From assembly GCA_037388885.1 (NCBI GenBank), contig JARRJS010000003.1:4422-68421 (forward strand): DNA of 64,000 bases. The letters run 5' to 3'. This DNA comes from Gemmatimonadota bacterium. GTDB lineage: Bacteria > Gemmatimonadota > Gemmatimonadetes > Longimicrobiales > RSA9. Positions 59,192 to 64,000 of the stretch are shown in pieces (within the stretch, counting starts at the first letter, position 1; each line of letters begins with the position of its first letter). Under the pieces are notes generated by a model, which saw nothing but the letters and a program-made list of their open reading frames with translations, did no database searches and had not been told where the DNA came from. Made by a program: the position numbers and the translations under genes.

Positions 59192-60361
59192 ATGCCCGGG
59201 GGCGCACCTTTGATCGTCGACCTTCATACGCACTACCCGATCCACCTGCTCGCGGCGGAGCCGCTGCCCGCGCGCCGGATTCCTCTTCGGGAGAAGCCGT
59301 TGCGGGACTTCGTCCGGGGTCCGGTGCTGCGCATCGCGAACCGCCTGGGCAACTACCCGGGCCGGGGGACGGATCCCGCCGTCACCATCGAGGGCCTCGC
59401 CCGCAGTCAGGTGCGCATCGCACTTTCGGTCCTGTATGCGCCGTTCGACGAGATGGACCTGGGCGTGCCGTACGGGTCGCCGCCGGCGTCGTGGTACATG
59501 GACGACCTGCTGCGGCAGATCGACCTGGTAGAGGCGAGCGTAGCGGGCCGGGGCGATGCCGTGGTGGCGCGCAGTGGCAGCGAGCTGGACCGCGCTCTGG
59601 CGGCGGATCGCGTGGCGCTGGTCCACGCCGTGGAGGGCGGCTTCCATCTGGGTGCATCGACGGACGAGGTGGAAGCGAACGTGGCAACATTAGCGCGACG
59701 CGGCGTGGCGTACATCACGCTGGCCCATCTTTTCTGGCGGCGGATCGCCACCAACACCCCGGCACTGCCGTTTCTCCCCGACTGGCTCTACTCGGTGATC
59801 TTTCCGCAACCGCCCGTCGGGCTGACCGATCTCGGCCGAGCCGCCCTGGGCGCGATGGTGCAGAATCGCGTGCTGGTGGACGTGACGCACATGAGCCGAC
59901 AGGCGTTCAGGGAGACCATGGACATGCTGGACGTCCTGGATCCGCAGGCACGCGTTCCGGTGCTGGCGTCCCACAGTGCGTGCGACTTCGGCGGGCTCAA
60001 GTACAACCTGTCGGACGAGCAGATCGACGCCATCGCGCGACGCGGCGGCGTGGTTGGCCTCATCGCCTGCGACCATTACATGGCCCGGGGCCTGGCGAAG
60101 CCCCGGACCTTCGCCGACTCGTTGGACGTCCTGTGCCGCCACATCGACCGCGTGCGCGACGTGACCGGCGGCCACGACGCCACGGCGATCGGCTCCGACC
60201 AGGACGGGTTCATCAAGCCGACGCTGCCCGGCCTGGAGACGCCCGAGGGGTACGACGCCCTGGCGGGCGCCCTCGCCGAGCGTTACGGGCCGGATGTCGC
60301 AGACCGGATCTGCAGGGAGAATGCCCACCGCGTGCTGGCGTATTGGCACGGCAACGGCTGA
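59192..60361 (+). CDS. Peptidase M19 (renal/membrane dipeptidase) family protein, cytoplasmic
   Basis: The motifs are IVDLHTHYP, ITLAHLFWRRIATNTP, VDVTHMSRQAF, ASHSACDF and AIGSDQDGF. These parallel DGHNDLP, TLTHSCNTPW, DLSHVS, FSHSS and GGDFDG of DPEP1-type enzymes (from memory). Confidence 0.75.
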   Translation: MPGGAPLIVDLHTHYPIHLLAAEPLPARRIPLREKPLRDFVRGPVLRIANRLGNYPGRGTDPAVTIEGLARSQVRIALSVLYAPFDEMDLGVPYGSPPASWYMDDLLRQIDLVEASVAGRGDAVVARSGSELDRALAADRVALVHAVEGGFHLGASTDEVEANVATLARRGVAYITLAHLFWRRIATNTPALPFLPDWLYSVIFPQPPVGLTDLGRAALGAMVQNRVLVDVTHMSRQAFRETMDMLDVLDPQARVPVLASHSACDFGGLKYNLSDEQIDAIARRGGVVGLIACDHYMARGLAKPRTFADSLDVLCRHIDRVRDVTGGHDATAIGSDQDGFIKPTLPGLETPEGYDALAGALAERYGPDVADRICRENAHRVLAYWHGNG

Positions 60362-60563
60362 TCGGTGCCGGACCCCGGGACTGGCGCCGGCACCTTGACG
60401 AAAACCCGGTCCGATGTCACGCTTCCCGAGCGACGCGTGGCACGTATGTCATTGCCGGTCACCCTGTTGACGGAGACAGCCGTATTCCTGCGAAGACCTC
60501 CACCGGCATTCCCGGCCTGGACCGGGGAAAGGCGCTGGTCGGGCTGTCCCTGCGTGCCACTCC

Positions 60564-62819
60564 ATGACCGGACCCACCCGGCGAGGCGCCGACCTTTCCG
60601 CCTTCGCGGAAGCCATCCTCAACGCCACAGCCGACGGCATCGTCGTGATCGACGCGGACGGGGTCGTGTTGGCCTGCAATCCCGCGGCGGAGCAGCTGCT
60701 GGGTCGCCCGGCCGGCGAGCTGGTGGGCGCACAGTTCTGGGGCCCCATCACGGGCGGGGCGGCGGTCCGAAGCTCCGAGATCCAGGTGCTGCGCCCGGGC
60801 GGAGAGGCGCGGACGGTGGAGTTGCGCTCGGCGGAGACCACATGGGCCGGACGGGCCGTGTCCATCATCGCGATGCGCGACAGCACCCGTCGCCGGGAGG
60901 CGGAAGAGCAGCGGCAGCGGCTTCTCTCCATCATCGAAGCGACACCGGAGCTGGTGAGCCTGGCGGAGGCCGATGGTAGGCTCCTCTACCTGAACCAGGC
61001 CGGGCGCGAGATGCTCGGGCTCGCGCCGGACGACGACCTGGCGAAACACAATGTCCGGGATTTCACGCCGTTGTGGGCGGCGCAGCAAATGGAAAAGGAA
61101 GCGATACCGAAAGCGACGGAGGAAGGGAGCTGGAGCGGGGAAGGTGCGATCCTGGACGCGGACGGCCGGCAGATCCCGATCTGGCAGGTGATTCTCGGGC
61201 ACCGCTCGGCCGATGGCGCAGTCCGTTACATGTCCACCATGGCCCGCGACCTGACGGAGCAGAAAGCCGCTGCTGCGGCCCTGCGGAAGCGGGTGAAGGA
61301 GATCCGGACGCTGTACGGTGTCCAGCGGGAGCTGGCGCGCAGCGAGGAGCCGCTCGAACGACGCGTGCGAGCCCTGGTAGGGTTGTTGCCTGGCGGTTGG
61401 CTTCACCCCGACGTCACCGAGGTGCGCATTGTCTACCAGGGTGAATCGTTCGCGACGCCGGAGTTCCGAGAGACGCCCTGGATGTTGAGCGCCGAGCTCC
61501 GCCTGGATGACGACGTGGTAGGCCGGTTGGATGTCGCGCTGCTGGAACAGCGGCCGGACCAGGAGGAGGGCGAGGGTCCGTTTCTGAAGGAGGAGCGCGA
61601 GCTGTTGGACTCGGTAGCCACGGCGGTGAACGAGGCGCTGGAGCACGAGCGGCTGCAGAAGGAGTTGGTGCAGGCCCAGAAGATCGAGACCATCGGGCGT
61701 CTCGCGGGCGGCGTGGCCCACGACTTCAACAACCTGCTCACGGTGATCCGTGGCACCGCGCAGATGGTGATAGAGGATCTGCCGGAAGGTGGCTCGATCC
61801 GCGGGGACGTGGAGCAGATCCTGGCGGCGAGCGCGCGTGGGGCGACGTTGACGCGGCAGCTCCTGGCCTTCAGCCGGAAGGAGATCCTGAAGGAGGAGCT
61901 GTTCTACGTGCGAGACGCCGTGGACGAGCTTGAACCGTTGCTCCGACGATTGATTCCGGAGCGCATCGAGCTGCACTTCGAGGCCGGCAGCGAGCGGGGC
62001 CCGGTAAAGGCGGACCGCGGCAAGCTGATGCAGGCCATCATGAACCTGGCGGTAAACGCCCGAGATGCCGTTGAGGGGGACGGCCGGATCAGCTTCGGCG
62101 TGGACACGTACGAGATCGCGCAGCGGGAAGCGGCAGAGGAGATCCCGTGGCTGGTCGCGCCCGGCTGTTATGTGCGCGTCTCGGTCAAGGATACGGGCAC
62201 CGGCATGTCGGACGAGGTGTTGAGCCGCATCTTCGAGCCGTTCTTCACGACGAAGTCCGAAGGCAAGGGCACCGGCCTGGGCCTTTCGGTGGTGTACGGC
62301 TTCGTGAAGCAGAGCGGTGGTCACATCTTCGTGGACACGGAACCGGGGCGCGGAACCGTGTTCCACCTGCTGCTGCCCGTGGCGGAGGCGGGTGCGGTAC
62401 CCGGGGAGCACGGGCCCGGCCGGCAGGCGGGCATGGCGGGCCAAGCCGGCGCGACAGTCCTGCTGGTGGAGGACAACCCATCGGTGCGCGGCGTGACCGT
62501 GCGCATGCTGGAGCGGGAAGGCTGCGCAGTCATCGAGGCCAGCTCGGGCCGGGAGGCCCTGGACCTGGCCCGGGAGAACGGGGATCGGATCGACATCGCC
62601 ATCAGCGACATGGTGATGCCCGAGATGGGTGGGGCGGAGCTGGCCGAACGGCTGCGCGAGCTGCTGCCGGACCTGAAGATCGTGCTGATGTCCGGGTACT
62701 CGGCGGACGAGCTCGGCGCCCGGACCCTGGATCCCGACATGTCCTTCCTGGAAAAGCCGTTCGATCGCGAAGACCTCGCCCGCGTGCTGGCCGAGAACCT
62801 GCCGCCACGCCCCCGATAG
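60564..62819 (+). CDS. Hybrid sensor histidine kinase (2x PAS, GAF-like, HisKA, HATPase, receiver)
   Basis: The PAS region reads ILNATADGIVVIDADGVVLACN. The H-box is GGVAHDFNNLLTVI and the G-box is GTGLGLSVVYGFVKQSGG. The receiver contains VLLVEDNPSVRG...ISDMVMPEMGG. Confidence 0.88.
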   Translation: MTGPTRRGADLSAFAEAILNATADGIVVIDADGVVLACNPAAEQLLGRPAGELVGAQFWGPITGGAAVRSSEIQVLRPGGEARTVELRSAETTWAGRAVSIIAMRDSTRRREAEEQRQRLLSIIEATPELVSLAEADGRLLYLNQAGREMLGLAPDDDLAKHNVRDFTPLWAAQQMEKEAIPKATEEGSWSGEGAILDADGRQIPIWQVILGHRSADGAVRYMSTMARDLTEQKAAAAALRKRVKEIRTLYGVQRELARSEEPLERRVRALVGLLPGGWLHPDVTEVRIVYQGESFATPEFRETPWMLSAELRLDDDVVGRLDVALLEQRPDQEEGEGPFLKEERELLDSVATAVNEALEHERLQKELVQAQKIETIGRLAGGVAHDFNNLLTVIRGTAQMVIEDLPEGGSIRGDVEQILAASARGATLTRQLLAFSRKEILKEELFYVRDAVDELEPLLRRLIPERIELHFEAGSERGPVKADRGKLMQAIMNLAVNARDAVEGDGRISFGVDTYEIAQREAAEEIPWLVAPGCYVRVSVKDTGTGMSDEVLSRIFEPFFTTKSEGKGTGLGLSVVYGFVKQSGGHIFVDTEPGRGTVFHLLLPVAEAGAVPGEHGPGRQAGMAGQAGATVLLVEDNPSVRGVTVRMLEREGCAVIEASSGREALDLARENGDRIDIAISDMVMPEMGGAELAERLRELLPDLKIVLMSGYSADELGARTLDPDMSFLEKPFDREDLARVLAENLPPRPR

Positions 62820-62836
62820 TTCCTTCCCGCGCCCCC

Positions 62837-63895
62837 TCAGTTCCGGCGATAGTGGTCGAAGACGTCCATGACGGGGCGGGCGTTGCAGTCCTTGTCGAAG
62901 AAGTCGCTGCCACAGCCGGTGGCGGGTTCCCACCAGAAGATGCCCTTGATCCTGCGGTCCGAGATGGAGAGCAGGGTCCGCGTAACCGATTCCAGGAACA
63001 TCTTTCGGGGTCCGCCCGGTGCGTCTTCGGGATACGGCGCCAGGCTGTCCGGGTGTTCGTAGACCCGTGGTCGGTACCCCACCTCCGCGAGGATCACATC
63101 CTTGTCCGGGAAGTGTTGGAGGATGGACAGCAGGTTCTCCCGCAGCTGCAGCAGGTTGCCGTGCCACCAGGGGTAGTACGAAAAGCCGATGACGTCGTAA
63201 GGCAGGTGGTAGCTGCTGAAGCGCTGGAAGAAGCGGAGCGCCGCCGGCGCGTTGGCGCCGTTGTCGTAGTGGACCATGAGGAGCGGGCGGGGGTGGGTCC
63301 CACGCGCGGCGTCGATCCCCTCCAGGGCGGCCTTGTAGAGCGCCATGAAGTTGTCCCAGTGGTCCGGCAGCTTGCCCAGCGGCCACATCATGCCGTTCCG
63401 CACCTCGTTGCCGATCTGCACCATGTCGGGCGTGACGCCCGAGTCCTGGAAGGCCTTGAACGTGTCCCGGGTGTAATTGCGCACCGAGTCGATGAGTACC
63501 TGGAGGTCCGTGGTGTCCCACGCGGTCGGCGTGATCTGGTGCTGCGGATCCGCCCAGGTGTCGGAGTAATGGTAGTCCAGCAGGAACCGGTAGCCGCGCG
63601 CCTTCGCTTCCTTGGCGAGGGCGATGGTGTACTGGAGGTCGTTGGGCAGGCGCGTGGGCGCATGGAATACACGCAGCCGGATCCAGTCGTAGCCGTGGTC
63701 CTTGAAGATGTCCAGCGCCGGCCGCACCACGCCGTCGTCCTTGAACTGCACGCCCCGGTCCTCGGCGGCCTTGAGGAACGACAGGTCGGCGCCCACGGCG
63801 AAGGTGAACGGCTGACCGCCGATGGAGTCGACGGCCTGAGCGCGGAGTGCGGTGGACGGCAGCAGCAGAAGGCAGAAAGCCAGGGCGAGCATCAT
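62837..63895 (-). CDS. GH53 arabinogalactan endo-beta-1,4-galactanase, exported
   Basis: ATG at 63895 is followed by a signal peptide (MMLALAFCLLLLPSTALRAQA). The motifs are GADLSFLKAAEDRGVQFKD, DWIRLRVF and VQIGNEVRNGMMWP (acid/base Glu region). Confidence 0.8.
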   Translation of the reverse strand: MMLALAFCLLLLPSTALRAQAVDSIGGQPFTFAVGADLSFLKAAEDRGVQFKDDGVVRPALDIFKDHGYDWIRLRVFHAPTRLPNDLQYTIALAKEAKARGYRFLLDYHYSDTWADPQHQITPTAWDTTDLQVLIDSVRNYTRDTFKAFQDSGVTPDMVQIGNEVRNGMMWPLGKLPDHWDNFMALYKAALEGIDAARGTHPRPLLMVHYDNGANAPAALRFFQRFSSYHLPYDVIGFSYYPWWHGNLLQLRENLLSILQHFPDKDVILAEVGYRPRVYEHPDSLAPYPEDAPGGPRKMFLESVTRTLLSISDRRIKGIFWWEPATGCGSDFFDKDCNARPVMDVFDHYRRN

Positions 63896-64000
63896 TCCGC
63901 ATCGCGGATCGCGGATCACGGGCTTGTATTGGATGTGGCCACCCACGTTCTAAACCTCCGGAAGAGTCATGGAAGGATGCGTTCCGGCCGGGGCGTCCGC

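Noticed and set aside
57855-59213. 452-aa plus-strand ORF mirroring the transaldolase-like gene
   Set aside because: It has the same span as the minus-strand ORF. Only the minus-strand translation shows family motifs (VKVPF, NFTSTFS) and a proper RBS. The plus-strand product is Arg/Gly/His/Val-rich.
60459-63902. 1147-aa ORF on the minus strand
   Set aside because: It runs antisense through the hybrid histidine kinase (60564..62819) and out of frame through the GH53 gene. The translation is Arg/Pro/Gly/His-rich with no recognisable motifs.

Overview
High-GC bacterial chromosomal window (G+C judged by eye at about two-thirds, not computed). I call about 47 protein-coding genes. I recognised no rRNA, tRNA, CRISPR array, transposase, integrase or phage genes. 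The high GC produces many long shadow ORFs antisense to real genes, and I rejected these. Gene content suggests a Gram-negative of the Gemmatimonadota / FCB-like type, but this is inference only. It rests on the SusC/SusD pair, CarboxypepD_reg-type TonB receptors, a Ser/Thr kinase and a BTAD regulator that both carry TolB-like plus TPR sensor tails, and many lipobox proteins. The most interesting region is about 12.4-32.4 kb. There a SusC/SusD outer-membrane importer is surrounded not by glycoside hydrolases but by exported D-stereospecific peptidase-type enzymes. These are three R61/class-C-type SxxK serine hydrolases (one fused to an intact VanX-type D-Ala-D-Ala dipeptidase domain), a PBP4 DD-carboxypeptidase, a lipoprotein D-aminoacylase and an S15 CocE/NonD hydrolase. 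The region also holds an APC amino-acid permease, a GntR regulator and two cytoplasmic enzymes (an N-acyl-amino-acid racemase/OSBS-type enolase and a large GNAT). An identical 12-nt palindrome-centred motif lies upstream of both the racemase and the GNAT genes, 15 kb apart. I read this as a candidate utilisation locus for D-amino-acid peptides or peptidoglycan stem peptides (alternative: beta-lactam scavenging). Other notable items are listed here. (1) A GH65 phosphorylase is translationally coupled to a beta-phosphoglucomutase/trehalose-phosphatase fusion. (2) An ECF sigma/anti-sigma pair is bracketed by two Met/Gly-rich LTXXQ-like periplasmic proteins. (3) A LuxR gene is followed by a PYP-like PAS gene. 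(4) A small double C-x8-C lipoprotein sits next to the BTAD regulator. The rest is ordinary housekeeping, carbohydrate (GH2, GH13, GH53) and signalling genes, including three large PAS/GAF histidine kinases. All product calls come from motif recognition by eye; no database search was run.
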